Below are positions 1-10,141 of a DNA stretch of 64,000 nt, one piece after another; position 1 is the stretch's first letter, and every line of letters starts with the position of its first letter. The stretch covers positions 1 to 64,000 of IMG/VR virus record IMGVR_UViG_3300025030_000041; one strand, 5' to 3'. The notes under the pieces were generated by a model. That model ran no database searches. It worked only from the letters and a program-made list of their open reading frames with translations, and was not told the DNA's origin. Both the position numbers and the translations under genes were made by a program.

Positions 1-762
1 ACTTCCGCCTAATTTAGATAATGCTTGCAAATTTTTAGAAGTCTCTTTATCTTTTTTACCAAATCCTAATACTGTACTTAATAATATGTTAACAGTCTTT
101 CCAAACATCCAAGCCCCAGCCATTGCTGTAATAGATAATGGAATAAATGCAGTTAAGCCTAGTGCTAATTTAATAATAGATGAACTTAAAAATGATAATG
201 ACTCTGTTACTTGATGAAATTTTTTAGCATTAGCTGGAGTTATTTTATTTATTAATGAATCTTTTCCACTCATTAATTTATTCAAAAAATCAATAAATTT
301 GTCTGGCCCTGTTGTTTTTGAAGTTATTGAAAATAATAGTAGCCCTTTACTTAAAGACCCAATTCCTCCGGATATTGCCGTAAATGCCGAGGCAAATCCG
401 CTAAATAAATCACCAATATATTTAGTAGATTTAATAGTTCCGCCTAAAGTAATAGCATCAGTTATATCTTTAATAAATTTAATTAATTTTCCGGTTGGGG
501 CTAACTTAAATAAAAATAAATCGGCCGTTAATTTAGGTAAATCTTTAAGAGAAGATATTACTGAACTTACTCCTTCTAATGGGGTTGTAGCAGATTCTGT
601 AGTATCTTTGCTTTTACCTTTATTTTTAACTCCAATCTTAGCTCCAGATGATACTGCAGTTAGTATCTCTTGTAATAATGCAGTATTAACATCAGTTTGA
701 ACAACTGATTGAGCAAGGTAATTATTAATAGAACTTAATAAACTTATTTGTGCAGCAGCCAA
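1..762 (-). CDS. Long late-expressed protein running off the left edge; possibly tape-measure-like
   Basis: Not in the ORF track. TTG at 762 opens a frame (MAAAQISLLSSINNYLAQSVV...) that reads open to position 1 in the stretches translated. Ala/Gly/Leu-rich hydrophobic segments; TATAAATA just upstream. Confidence 0.55.
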   Translation of the reverse strand, partial: MAAAQISLLSSINNYLAQSVVQTDVNTALLQEILTAVSSGAKIGVKNKGKSKDTTESATTPLEGVSSVISSLKDLPKLTADLFLFKLAPTGKLIKFIKDITDAITLGGTIKSTKYIGDLFSGFASAFTAISGGIGSLSKGLLLFSITSKTTGPDKFIDFLNKLMSGKDSLINKITPANAKKFHQVTESLSFLSSSIIKLALGLTAFIPLSITAMAGAWMFGKTVNILLSTVLGFGKKDKETSKNLQALSKLGGS

Positions 763-782
763 ATGCTAATGTGTATTTTTAT

Positions 783-790
783 TATTTATA
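783..790 (-). promoter_or_regulatory. T4-type late promoter TATAAATA
   Basis: Exact TATAAATA on the minus strand about 20 nt upstream of the 762 start; gp55-like sigma is in the window. Confidence 0.65.
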
Positions 791-791
791 C

Positions 792-825
792 AAAAAAGAA
801 AGCCCTTATTTCTAAGGGCTTTCTT
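792..825 (-). terminator. Intrinsic terminator after the SPFH gene
   Basis: aagaaagccctta-tttc-taagggctttctt hairpin followed by a T run on the minus strand. Confidence 0.8.
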
Positions 826-853
826 AAATCATACGCTATACTAAATTTAACGA

Positions 854-2296
854 TTATTTTTTATCTTCATTCTTTTTAGTAAATCGGTCAAGTAAAGCTA
901 AAAGTCCGGCACCTTCTGTTGTTTGTTTTAAGCTTTCAAAAAGTCCATTAGTAGCAGCTCCACCTTTTGAACTAAGAATATCTGAAAATTTACCAAGTCC
1001 TGAATGAACATCTCCGCTATTTACAAGAAGTTTAAGGTCAGCTCCATTTAACGCTGTAGCTAATGACTGGTATTGCACTTTGTTTACTTCTCCTGTAATT
1101 TCAACTTCACGGATTTTAATCAAGTAGTTTTGATAGCTTTCATTTTCACCGATTTCTTTTGCTAGAGTCGTTTGTGCAGTTACATTAGCTAACTCCATTT
1201 GTTTCTTTGCTTCTGCTTCTGATAAACCTTTAGCTTTAATTACTTCAGCTTGAGCCTCTCCAACACTTTTTATAGCTTCTGCTTCTTTCTTTTTTGCCTC
1301 AAGTTGGGCTTTAGCATCAGTTTCAATTTTAAACTTATTCGCCTCTGCCTCAATTTCTGTTTGGCGTTTTTTCTGCTCTGTATTGATGATTGCATTTTCT
1401 TTATCTATCTCAGCTTGGCGAATTTGGTTTACTTTTACTACTTCCATTTTTTGCTCTGCTGTTAGTTTTTCAGCTTTTGCAATTTCAGAAAGTGAGGTTT
1501 GCTCGGCTATTCCTCTATTTTTTACAGATTCAGCTTGTGCAATTCCAATTGCTTGTACTGATTTTGCCTGAGCTTCACCTGAGATTCGTTCAGTTTCAGC
1601 AGCAGTTAAAGCAACTTCTTTTCTTGCTTCTAATTCAGCTTGTTCAGCACTTTTAGTATTCTTAGCGACTTCCGTTCTGCTCTCCATATCAATAGCTGAA
1701 ATGCGTTTAGCCATTATTTGATGAATAACTTCTGAACCTTGTGCATCTCTAACATCCATCAATTCAATACTTTTTATTGGTTCTACTCCCCAACTTTTTA
1801 AATCTTCCTTTACTGCATCTGTAAATAATTGTCCAAACATTGAGCGCTCCTCCATTATTTGTTCTAATTTTGATTTTGCCAAAATAGAACGAACTGCTCC
1901 CTGAACAACATTATTTAGTTGAAGTAAAAGGTCTTGAAAAGATGCAACTTTTTCTGCAGCTTTATTTGTATCTGCTATATGAAAGAACGCTTTTACATCT
2001 ACTTCAAACGGTACTCTGTCTTTGTCATACGCTGAATACTTAGGTAAATCAACCCCAAAGTTTGAAACTGGTAATTCCCTAACTTCTACTCCGTATTTGG
2101 GTAGCCATTTAGGAAATTCGTAATAAACGTTTGATCCTTTACCTACACCATATGAAACCGTTTTAGAACTTCTTTGAACAATATGGACTACGTTTGTAGG
2201 AACAATTCTCCTTAATGAGAATATATAAAAAATGATATAAATACCAAATACTGAAGGTATTCCATAAATTAGGGCTGTTAAAAGGTTTATTTGCAT
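854..2296 (-). CDS. SPFH/band-7 flotillin-like membrane protein
   Basis: N-terminal TM helix, SPFH domain (RRIVPTNVVHIVQ, VPFEVDVKAFF) and a long Ala/Glu/Lys coiled coil. Confidence 0.85.
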   Translation of the reverse strand: MQINLLTALIYGIPSVFGIYIIFYIFSLRRIVPTNVVHIVQRSSKTVSYGVGKGSNVYYEFPKWLPKYGVEVRELPVSNFGVDLPKYSAYDKDRVPFEVDVKAFFHIADTNKAAEKVASFQDLLLQLNNVVQGAVRSILAKSKLEQIMEERSMFGQLFTDAVKEDLKSWGVEPIKSIELMDVRDAQGSEVIHQIMAKRISAIDMESRTEVAKNTKSAEQAELEARKEVALTAAETERISGEAQAKSVQAIGIAQAESVKNRGIAEQTSLSEIAKAEKLTAEQKMEVVKVNQIRQAEIDKENAIINTEQKKRQTEIEAEANKFKIETDAKAQLEAKKKEAEAIKSVGEAQAEVIKAKGLSEAEAKKQMELANVTAQTTLAKEIGENESYQNYLIKIREVEITGEVNKVQYQSLATALNGADLKLLVNSGDVHSGLGKFSDILSSKGGAATNGLFESLKQTTEGAGLLALLDRFTKKNEDKK

Positions 2297-2447
2297 TTTA
2301 TTTGTTTTTAATTGTTAAACTTATTTAATTATTGTTTTTTTGTCTATATGTTTTATTTCATATTTAGTAAATATGTTTTTATTGAATGGAGGTGGGGCTT
2401 TGCCTCGTGGAAATAACCAATTAATTTTAAAAGTCATTTAAGTAGGT

Positions 2448-2475
2448 TTAGTATATAGAAAATAATATGTATTAT
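2448..2475 (-). repeat. 28-bp direct repeat, promoter-like (copy 1; copy 2 at 5081-5108)
   Basis: ttagtatatagaaaataatatgtattat is identical at both sites, each upstream of minus-strand genes. Confidence 0.75.
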
Positions 2476-2514
2476 TGGATGTACAATCTAAAAACAAATA
2501 TTTTAATAAGTGCT

Positions 2515-3048
2515 TTATACTATATTAGTTTTAAATTTTTTATATAAATTATATACGTCGTTAGTATTTTCAGTATTAATATTAATTAATAATGTATTTA
2601 ATTTAGATTTAGTTGCATATTCTGAAAATATGTCTAATTCACTTTGTAGTAAATCTTTATTCATATTAAATAAAGATTTACCATCTTCTCTATTAATTAA
2701 ATCATTTATATTTGGTAATAATATAATGGAGTCTATATTTATATTATTATCTATTAATTTATTTTCAAATGACAATATATCATTTAAAATATTATAATTT
2801 CTATATATTTTACCATAAACATAGCAGTCGATGTGATTTCTTATTGAGGCAAATTGTAGATTTGTATTTTTATGATAAATAATAAAATCATATAAAAAGT
2901 TTAAATATTTTTTTTCGTTTATTATATATGGTATATTAGGTTTAACTGATCTTATTATATTTATATCATAACCTAATTCCTGTATATAATTTTTTACAAA
3001 TGTATCTTTACCTGATCTATTTGGCCCAGTGATAAATAATCCGTCCAT
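2515..3048 (-). CDS. P-loop (d)NMP kinase-like protein
   Basis: N-terminal Walker A GPNRSGKDT and RNHIDCYVYGKIYR, resembling thymidylate-kinase-type enzymes. Confidence 0.7.
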   Translation of the reverse strand: MDGLFITGPNRSGKDTFVKNYIQELGYDINIIRSVKPNIPYIINEKKYLNFLYDFIIYHKNTNLQFASIRNHIDCYVYGKIYRNYNILNDILSFENKLIDNNINIDSIILLPNINDLINREDGKSLFNMNKDLLQSELDIFSEYATKSKLNTLLININTENTNDVYNLYKKFKTNIV

Positions 3049-3117
3049 AATATTATGTTTTGTTTTTTATTAAAATTTATTTAATTCCATCGTTTTTTTT
3101 ATAAAAAAAACTATATA

Positions 3118-3891
3118 CTATAGTAGTGCCTCATGAATCCATGATGAATTATTTAAATCATTTATATTACAATTACTATCAAATTTACCCAATAAAATTA
3201 ATTTTTCATTATTAGATAAATATAATTTGCTATTTTTACTCAAAATATAATATTGTGAATTAGATATAGATATTTTATACTTTGCATTTTTAATAAAAAT
3301 AGTTACTTCATTTAACATACTATCAGTTAAACTTAAATTTATTTCATCATTATTCAAATTCAAATATGGTAATAACCTCCATGTATCAGGCGCAACATTT
3401 AATGTATTAAATATAAAATCATATATCTTATCTAAATATAAATAGTTTTTAGAATTTAACATAGTACTTAATCTATATGGTATGCTTGAGTTTTCTCTAA
3501 TATATTTTATACACTCTATTGTTCTATTAAATTGGTCGTTATTACGTATACTAAATTCAGAATCATAATCGAATCCATCTAATGGCAAACCGATATAATC
3601 AATATTATTTTTTAATTTATCGAATTTCTCAATTAATTTATACCCATTAGTTATTAAATAATTATTAAAACCTAAACTCTTTGAAAATTCTAAAATCTCA
3701 TCCAAATCTTTTCTTAATGTTACTTCACCGCCCAAAAAACCAATTGTATCAAACCCTAATTCTTTAGCTATCTCAAGATTTTTTTTAACTATATTAATGT
3801 CATCACCATAATCTTTATATTCGCGATAACAAAACTTACATTTAGTATTGCACATACCAGTAAACCTGTAATATAAAATATTAGTATTCAT
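3118..3891 (-). CDS. Radical SAM enzyme (viperin/MoaA-like)
   Basis: CNTKCKFC (CxxxCxxC), GGE and ITNG motifs. Confidence 0.85.
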   Translation of the reverse strand: MNTNILYYRFTGMCNTKCKFCYREYKDYGDDINIVKKNLEIAKELGFDTIGFLGGEVTLRKDLDEILEFSKSLGFNNYLITNGYKLIEKFDKLKNNIDYIGLPLDGFDYDSEFSIRNNDQFNRTIECIKYIRENSSIPYRLSTMLNSKNYLYLDKIYDFIFNTLNVAPDTWRLLPYLNLNNDEINLSLTDSMLNEVTIFIKNAKYKISISNSQYYILSKNSKLYLSNNEKLILLGKFDSNCNINDLNNSSWIHEALL

Positions 3892-4133
3892 ATTTAAAAA
3901 ATTAACTACCTATTAATAAATAGTATGAAATAGTTGGTAGGAAACTAAATTATACCTTGAAACATCTTAAAAGGTATACTATTGAAATTAGTGCTCTTGG
4001 TTTATCTGACTAATACGCTTACAATTAAGTTCAACTGACCTATTGTTTTCAGTATACAAATTAGGTATTCCATTTTTTATTATAATAAAAAACTATAAAC
4101 TACCCTATTTGGTTAATACCTAGGTTTTAATAT

Positions 4134-4532
4134 TTATAAGTTTGGTATAGTATAAGCGCTACTAAATTTAGTTGTTAATTCGTGTATTAATGCATTGCCA
4201 GACCAAAAATATGGGTCTTCATCAATACTTACACTATACATTGCACCACCCTCTGGACAATAAAATGTTAAAGGCTTCCATTTATTTTTTGTAAATGCGT
4301 ACCATGTGTCATCTCTCTTTTCATATTTTATAATTTTAGTTGGATCAAACTGTAATTCATGAGTAACGATACTACCCTTAGCATGACACATATATTCATG
4401 CTCACATATTGCATCTATTACAATTCGTTTTTTATACAGAAAATTCTTAAATATGTAGTCGAGTATACGATCACTAAACAGCATTAATGTTAGTAGTATT
4501 AATACAATTGATAAAAATGTAAGTATACACAT
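4134..4532 (-). CDS. Hypothetical membrane-anchored protein
   Basis: ORF track; N-terminal hydrophobic helix. Confidence 0.6.
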   Translation of the reverse strand: MCILTFLSIVLILLTLMLFSDRILDYIFKNFLYKKRIVIDAICEHEYMCHAKGSIVTHELQFDPTKIIKYEKRDDTWYAFTKNKWKPLTFYCPEGGAMYSVSIDEDPYFWSGNALIHELTTKFSSAYTIPNL

Positions 4533-5080
4533 ATCTTTTATTTTTAATATTTTAAAATTATTTTTTTTAATATATTACTATTTTATTTCAATAGTATCTA
4601 TATGGTTAATGCATATTTAATCTATATATTCGTCATAACGAAATATAAATTTTCCATGGAGCCCTTTATATTCACGGGGCATTCTATATTTTTCTACTTC
4701 TTTATGGTCTATTTATTTTTTCTGAGTATAATAGCCTTTACCATTAATATAAAAGTCATAATTAGGATTAGGATTAGAAAATTTACTGCCATAAGCCATT
4801 AATAGTATTAGTATTAACATTATTGAAATACTGAATGCTATAATAAATATAATTTTTGCAGGTATACACATATTTTATATTTTTTAAGTTTTTAATAAAA
4901 ATACTAGGAGGTGTAAAATATAGTAATTGTAATAGACGTACTGTAGTTTGTTCCAGCAGTATGGTGAAACCCTCGTGTTATACTTACGTTAGTAGAATCT
5001 AGCCAATTATTTATTGTATGCTCTAAATCACTAATACTAGACTTTGTATAAAATATTTTTACTTTTTCCATAATTATTTA

Positions 5081-5108
5081 TTAGTATATAGAAAATAATA
5101 TGTATTAT
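5081..5108 (-). repeat. 28-bp direct repeat, promoter-like (copy 2)
   Basis: Identical to 2448-2475. Confidence 0.75.
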
Positions 5109-5195
5109 ATTTGGTGTATAAAAAAGTTTAATATTAAGGGTAAGGGTATTTGAAAGTTTCTACAAGCTACATACGCTTTTAACTATTAGCGACAA

Positions 5196-5450
5196 CTATA
5201 CATGACCTAAAAACTTTAATCCTTTTTTAAGTTTTTCTTTTGCATTACACATATCTAAATATTCTATTTCATCTTTGGATGTTGCTGTTTCTATTTGGTA
5301 TTTAAGTAAACTGGTTGAATAGCTTATCATACTTTCCTTTTCCTCTTCACTACATATATCATTGCAATTTGTGTCTAACGCAAAACATACAAGTCTTAAA
5401 GCAAAGGTTTTATCTTTTACAATTCGACTGTCTTTGATTGGATTTTCCAT
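5196..5450 (-). CDS. Hypothetical protein
   Basis: ORF track; followed by a degenerate cassette-site remnant near 5165-5196. Confidence 0.65.
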   Translation of the reverse strand: MENPIKDSRIVKDKTFALRLVCFALDTNCNDICSEEEKESMISYSTSLLKYQIETATSKDEIEYLDMCNAKEKLKKGLKFLGHV

Positions 5451-5518
5451 AATTATTTAAGTTTAGTTAATTAAAGGGTCTCCGTTATTAAAAAGATTTT
5501 ACTACAATCTTGGAATAG

Positions 5519-5869
5519 CTAATTATAAATTAATTCAGTTTTTACTAAATTGTTATGTGCGTTTTTAAATATAAGAGCTTCATCAACCTCTGAATAATTA
5601 GAGTCTAATGATATAATATCACCCTCTTGTTCTTTTATATAGTAGTTCTTATTACCATTAGATTTATCATAAATACCAGGGCCTTTATACTCCTTAAGTA
5701 TAAATTGATATTCACTTTTAAATTCATCAAACTCAATTTCGTCATTAATATATACTGAATTATTGTAATAACAATAATTACAAATATATTGATAAAACTC
5801 TGAATTATTTGAACTAAATAAATATTGGTTTACTATTCCATCTTTATTTTTTATAATTAAAGCTACCAT
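5519..5869 (-). CDS. Hypothetical early protein
   Basis: ORF track; downstream of the early-type promoter at about 5912-5950. Confidence 0.65.
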   Translation of the reverse strand: MVALIIKNKDGIVNQYLFSSNNSEFYQYICNYCYYNNSVYINDEIEFDEFKSEYQFILKEYKGPGIYDKSNGNKNYYIKEQEGDIISLDSNYSEVDEALIFKNAHNNLVKTELIYN

Positions 5870-5911
5870 GATTTCTAGAGTTTAATTGTTAAACAATAAT
5901 AAAGAACTAAT

Positions 5912-5983
5912 TACAATGTAAAATTAAGCAATAGATTTGATATATAAAAATAAATTTATAATAAAATATATAACTAATTGATA
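5912..5983 (-). promoter_or_regulatory. Early-type promoter with upstream TATCAATTAGTTATAT box
   Basis: Minus strand tcaaatctattgcttaattttacattgta resembles the motif at 14277-14305 and the 46591/49677 repeat; 16-bp box at 5968-5983. Confidence 0.55.
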
Positions 5984-5993
5984 CTCAATTTAC

Positions 5994-6557
5994 TTATTTT
6001 CCAGTGGTACCTTCTCCAGATGCTACTTTAAACTTACCAATTTGTGCAAAATCTCCTTTTTCTTTATTATAATCAAAGTATTTTATACCGGGGTTATTCA
6101 TTACAAAAGTAATCATTTTTTCAGCAATTGCCGGATCTTTTTTTAACCATTCATTGTAATTTTTATGTTGAGTAGAATGACGCATAATAGAATCTAGAGC
6201 GTCTTTACGTTTTTTAGCAGCCCTTGCTTCTTTTTCTTCTTTAGAAAAACCTAAAATTTCATTTACATCTTCTGAATTTTCCACTTCATTTTTACTAGGT
6301 TCTTCATTAGCCCATAACGTTTCAATAAATTTATTTACTTTTTCAAGTTCTTCTTTAGTTAAACCTTCCATAGAAATTTCTTTAGCTTCTTCTTCTGGAT
6401 CGAGTTCTTCTTTTAATTCGTGTTTAACTAATTTAGTAATTAGAGATTTAAATTCATCTTCTGATATTAAATCTTCTGTTTTTACTTCTTCAGTTTCTAC
6501 TGATACTTCAGAAAGAAACTCTTCATATAATTTAACATATCCCATTTTTATATACAA
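5994..6557 (-). CDS. Acidic late protein with N-terminal YVKLYEEF motif (possible internal head protein)
   Basis: ORF track; AATAAATA upstream; N-terminal motif shared with 25687 and 63676. Confidence 0.6.
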   Translation of the reverse strand: MYIKMGYVKLYEEFLSEVSVETEEVKTEDLISEDEFKSLITKLVKHELKEELDPEEEAKEISMEGLTKEELEKVNKFIETLWANEEPSKNEVENSEDVNEILGFSKEEKEARAAKKRKDALDSIMRHSTQHKNYNEWLKKDPAIAEKMITFVMNNPGIKYFDYNKEKGDFAQIGKFKVASGEGTTGK

Positions 6558-6795
6558 TATTTTCTTATTATTTATTCATGATATTTTTTGTAATTCTAGT
6601 GTTATTTTTTCAAATTCTTTAAATAATTTTAAAATTTTATTTTTCTGGATAGGTGTAATGGATTCCCAAGTTAAATTAATGAATATTTTTCCATCAATTG
6701 TATGGTGATTGCGTAGGTAATTGTTATTAAATGGATCTATAAATTTAAGAGCTATGCCATCATTATCAATAATTGTTTCAATTGATTTATAAAAC

Positions 6796-7938
6796 TCATT
6801 TTGAAATATTGAATCCAATTCGGGTTTTTTCTTCTTTAAAGTCTTTTTCATTTAAATTATAAATATCAGTTAATACAAGCGGGTCAGATGAAGTGTATTT
6901 TTTATTAAGTTTATTTAATAATGCATTAGTTTTATTTAATTCTAATTCTTTAAATTCGTATTTAGCAATTAATCTACCCTTACGTAATAGAGCTTTATCT
7001 ATTCTAGATATATCAGCATTAAATGTACAAACAATTTGCATTTTTAGACAATCACTTAATAATCCATCGCTAATATTAAGTAAATTACTTACGGCTTGAT
7101 TATTTGCTCCACTTCGCTCTTCAATTATATTTTCACCATCTTCTATTATTAGAATAGAATTTTGATATTTAATTAAGAACGGTATAAACGACGGACTAGA
7201 TATTTGATGAGCTAAATCAGGAGGTATGAATATTTTTCGTTTTGTCGTTATTGAGCATAAATGTTTTAATAATGTACTTTTTCCTGTACCGGGTTTACCA
7301 TGAAATAATATAATACCTTTATCATTTTGGGTTTCTAGTCTATTAATTGCAATATTATAGATTTCAGCAAAATCGTTATTATAATTATCGTCTATATTAA
7401 AGGATTTATCTAAATTTAAATTAAATTTTTTTAATGATAACCCGTGGGTATTTTGTATTAATAAATTAATATTATTAGTTTGAGTAATTATTTTTTTAAA
7501 TTTAATACATAAATTTAATAATTCTTTTTCTAATTCAATAGCTTTTACAAAAAAACTATTGTTATAATAAATAAGTATTCTATCTATTGATACTAATATA
7601 ATAATATTATATTTTTTTAATTTAATAACTATAGTATATGTAGTTTCTTCAGCTAAAGCGTCGTCTTCATTATCATCAAATTCACTAAACTCACTTAATA
7701 TATTACTAGATTGATAAATATTTTTTTCTATATAATAATCGTCTAGCTGCACTTTATGTTTTTTAATAAAGCATAAAGCTAAATTATAATAGTTTGTATT
7801 TTGAGTAATATTATTTTCTGTAATGAGTTTTGACGGTATTACTCCATATTCTAGAGTAAATAACCTATCTATTACGGATTCAGTTGAAATCTCCGATCCA
7901 ACTAAATTAGATACTGCTATATTATTTGTAATTTTCAT
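6796..7938 (-). CDS. AAA+ ATPase
   Basis: Walker A GKPGTGKS, Walker B LIIEDGE, second region of homology DKALLRKGRL. Confidence 0.9.
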   Translation of the reverse strand: MKITNNIAVSNLVGSEISTESVIDRLFTLEYGVIPSKLITENNITQNTNYYNLALCFIKKHKVQLDDYYIEKNIYQSSNILSEFSEFDDNEDDALAEETTYTIVIKLKKYNIIILVSIDRILIYYNNSFFVKAIELEKELLNLCIKFKKIITQTNNINLLIQNTHGLSLKKFNLNLDKSFNIDDNYNNDFAEIYNIAINRLETQNDKGIILFHGKPGTGKSTLLKHLCSITTKRKIFIPPDLAHQISSPSFIPFLIKYQNSILIIEDGENIIEERSGANNQAVSNLLNISDGLLSDCLKMQIVCTFNADISRIDKALLRKGRLIAKYEFKELELNKTNALLNKLNKKYTSSDPLVLTDIYNLNEKDFKEEKTRIGFNISK

Positions 7939-8282
7939 ATTTTTTTAATAATTTGACCGTCAATTGTCACTACAACTAATGCTTTTTTTATTAAGTCATC
8001 AGGCTTGGCATTTTCATTTTCAAATCGACAATCCATTTCATATAAGATATGTAAATCTTCATTTAATATTTTTGCAACACTTATTAATTTATCAGCATCA
8101 ACGTCTATATCTAGATCACCATACCAGCATTTACCAAGTTTCTTAGTAACAACATTTGCATTAAATATTGCTAAATTATTTGGATGTCGCTCTCTATATA
8201 AGCTCTTAGATCCACATATAAGTCTAGATTGTACTAGCTCATTTTCTAAAAAGATTTTATAAATTTTTTTCATTTGTTTCAT
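7935..8282 (-). CDS. Hypothetical protein
   Basis: ORF track; coupled to its neighbours. Confidence 0.65.
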   Translation of the reverse strand: MKQMKKIYKIFLENELVQSRLICGSKSLYRERHPNNLAIFNANVVTKKLGKCWYGDLDIDVDADKLISVAKILNEDLHILYEMDCRFENENAKPDDLIKKALVVVTIDGQIIKKI

Positions 8283-8793
8283 TATTTTCTATTAAAATAT
8301 TTAATTTGTCTTTTACACTTTTAAAAAATGGAATTGGTAATGATGTGAAACTATTAATAAAACAGTTGTCACTCATGATATTAACTAAACTAGGAATATT
8401 CCTATTATCAATATAATTACCTGAATTTCTAAATAGGGTTGCAAAGCATCCTTGTAATTCATTAACCACATTAATAACAGTATTTAAAGAGTTTAAATTT
8501 ATAGTTAAACCCTCTATATTTTGTTTTAACTGTAAAATCTCATAATTTAGTATTTTAATTTTCAATTCTGGATTAATAATTTGAGATATATCAGTATATA
8601 TATCCCAATTATGTAAGTTTAAATCATCTCTTATCAGTATTTTATATTCGGAGTTGTCATACGCTCCTTTATCAAATGGAGTAGATAATATAATTTCTTT
8701 TCCTGAAATTATATTACTGATTTTACCAATTACCTCTAATTTATTACTAAATATAATTTGTCCGTTAACTAAATTTGTTATAAAAACTGGCAT
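8257..8793 (-). CDS. Hypothetical protein
   Basis: ORF track; operon context. Confidence 0.65.
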   Translation of the reverse strand: MPVFITNLVNGQIIFSNKLEVIGKISNIISGKEIILSTPFDKGAYDNSEYKILIRDDLNLHNWDIYTDISQIINPELKIKILNYEILQLKQNIEGLTINLNSLNTVINVVNELQGCFATLFRNSGNYIDNRNIPSLVNIMSDNCFINSFTSLPIPFFKSVKDKLNILIENNETNEKNL

Positions 8794-9216
8794 TTATTTT
8801 TTTATTTTTTCTTGTTCTTCTTGTTGTTTAAGCAATGCATCCACTGATTCTTTAACTCTGAGATATTCTTTCACGGAATATTTTGAAATAATACCACTAA
8901 ATGTAATAACATCAGGCTTAACTAAATTTATTTTATCATTATCTCCGTCATATACAATATGTGCGATTGCTTCATCAAAAAGCAACTTCTGCTGGTCTCT
9001 ATCTAATTGATCAAATATTAATTCATTAATAATAATAACAAAATCATATCCAGTTAAATGATTTAATACATTATTTGCTTTATTAATTTTATAAATGTAT
9101 TTTTGTTTTTCAGCCGCTAATAATTTAAATTTTATAAATTTAGGTAAAGATGTTGTATCAAGTACCTCATTAAATGATTTTTCATTTTCTTCAGAAATGT
9201 CAAAGAATTTTGTCAT
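8794..9216 (-). CDS. Phage metallopeptidase-like protein (degenerate HExxH)
   Basis: DFVIIINELIFDQL...LLFDEAIAHI...KPDV pattern. Confidence 0.45.
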   Translation of the reverse strand: MTKFFDISEENEKSFNEVLDTTSLPKFIKFKLLAAEKQKYIYKINKANNVLNHLTGYDFVIIINELIFDQLDRDQQKLLFDEAIAHIVYDGDNDKINLVKPDVITFSGIISKYSVKEYLRVKESVDALLKQQEEQEKIKK

Positions 9217-9268
9217 AGCTTTTCAGTTTTAGTTTTAATTAATATTTAAAATTATAGGATTTGTTTTA

Positions 9269-10141
9269 CTAAATTTTATTTTTTATTTTAAAATGATTTA
9301 GCATTAAACAAATATCTTTATAGTGTAATTCACATATTTCATTAATATTATCCCTATATCCACCAAATAGAGATACTGATAAAGGAATAGATTTATTTAA
9401 TTCTTTTTCTAAATTATAAAGCCAATCACAAAATATTTCAGTACATTTAAACCAATTATACTCTGTTAGTTTGCCAGCATGCATATTATCAGTGATTATA
9501 GAGTCTGCGCCATGACAATATACAATATAATGTATTTTATCAGTCTTTATTAACTTTGATAATATATCTAATTTATCTTTAAAATTTTGTATATATTTAG
9601 AGTTTTTACCTGTTGGATTTATATTAGCTAGTTTTGGTATATATGTATTTAAAATTGGAAACATTTTTCTGCTATCTTCAATGGAATTGCCATAGTGAGC
9701 ATCTAAATCTATATATGACCCTGATAATTTATAGTTTTTATATATTAAAGTTGACGCAATAACTTGCCCACTAAATACGCAGAAACCCATTCCTTGGTCA
9801 GGCATAGCATGGTGAAATCCGGCACTCGGAGATACCCCTATTATTTCTGGAGTAGTAATACTTGATTCTATTGAACTATATAAACTGCTACACTGGTATT
9901 CAACTGATTCACTAAACGTATTAGACTGATTAAGTATATTATTTGCATAATCTTTTGTATGAGCTAATAGATATGAGTCTTTTTGTAGTTTATTAAATGC
10001 ATTTAGTTTAAATCTTGAGTCTTTGCTTAAATAGTTATCATATAGAGGCTTACATTTAAACATGCTTTTACTTTCAGAATCAAAATTTAAGTAAGCCATT
10101 TTAGGATGATAAAATAAATTAATCACAGAGGATTTACTCAT
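9269..10141 (-). CDS. Zn-dependent histone deacetylase/acetylpolyamine amidohydrolase family protein
   Basis: AGFHHA...GFC, IDLDAHYGN, GAD and GGY motifs. Confidence 0.9.
   Translation of the reverse strand: MSKSSVINLFYHPKMAYLNFDSESKSMFKCKPLYDNYLSKDSRFKLNAFNKLQKDSYLLAHTKDYANNILNQSNTFSESVEYQCSSLYSSIESSITTPEIIGVSPSAGFHHAMPDQGMGFCVFSGQVIASTLIYKNYKLSGSYIDLDAHYGNSIEDSRKMFPILNTYIPKLANINPTGKNSKYIQNFKDKLDILSKLIKTDKIHYIVYCHGADSIITDNMHAGKLTEYNWFKCTEIFCDWLYNLEKELNKSIPLSVSLFGGYRDNINEICELHYKDICLMLNHFKIKNKI

Noticed and set aside
299-1656. Plus-strand ORFs 299, 1250, 1383 and 1390, and similar antisense ORFs elsewhere (e.g. 2510, 6893, 8654, 24844, 31765, 34490, 53007)
   Set aside because: Shadow frames antisense to well-supported genes.
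3900-4130. RiPP precursor peptide upstream of the radical SAM gene
   Set aside because: Only a 23-codon ORF with no precursor-like features, and the enzyme lacks SPASM/RRE domains.
6576-6851. 91-aa minus-strand ORF overlapping the AAA ATPase end
   Set aside because: The annotated start overlaps the ATPase by 56 nt and there is no recognisable motif. A shorter real gene is possible but unsupported.
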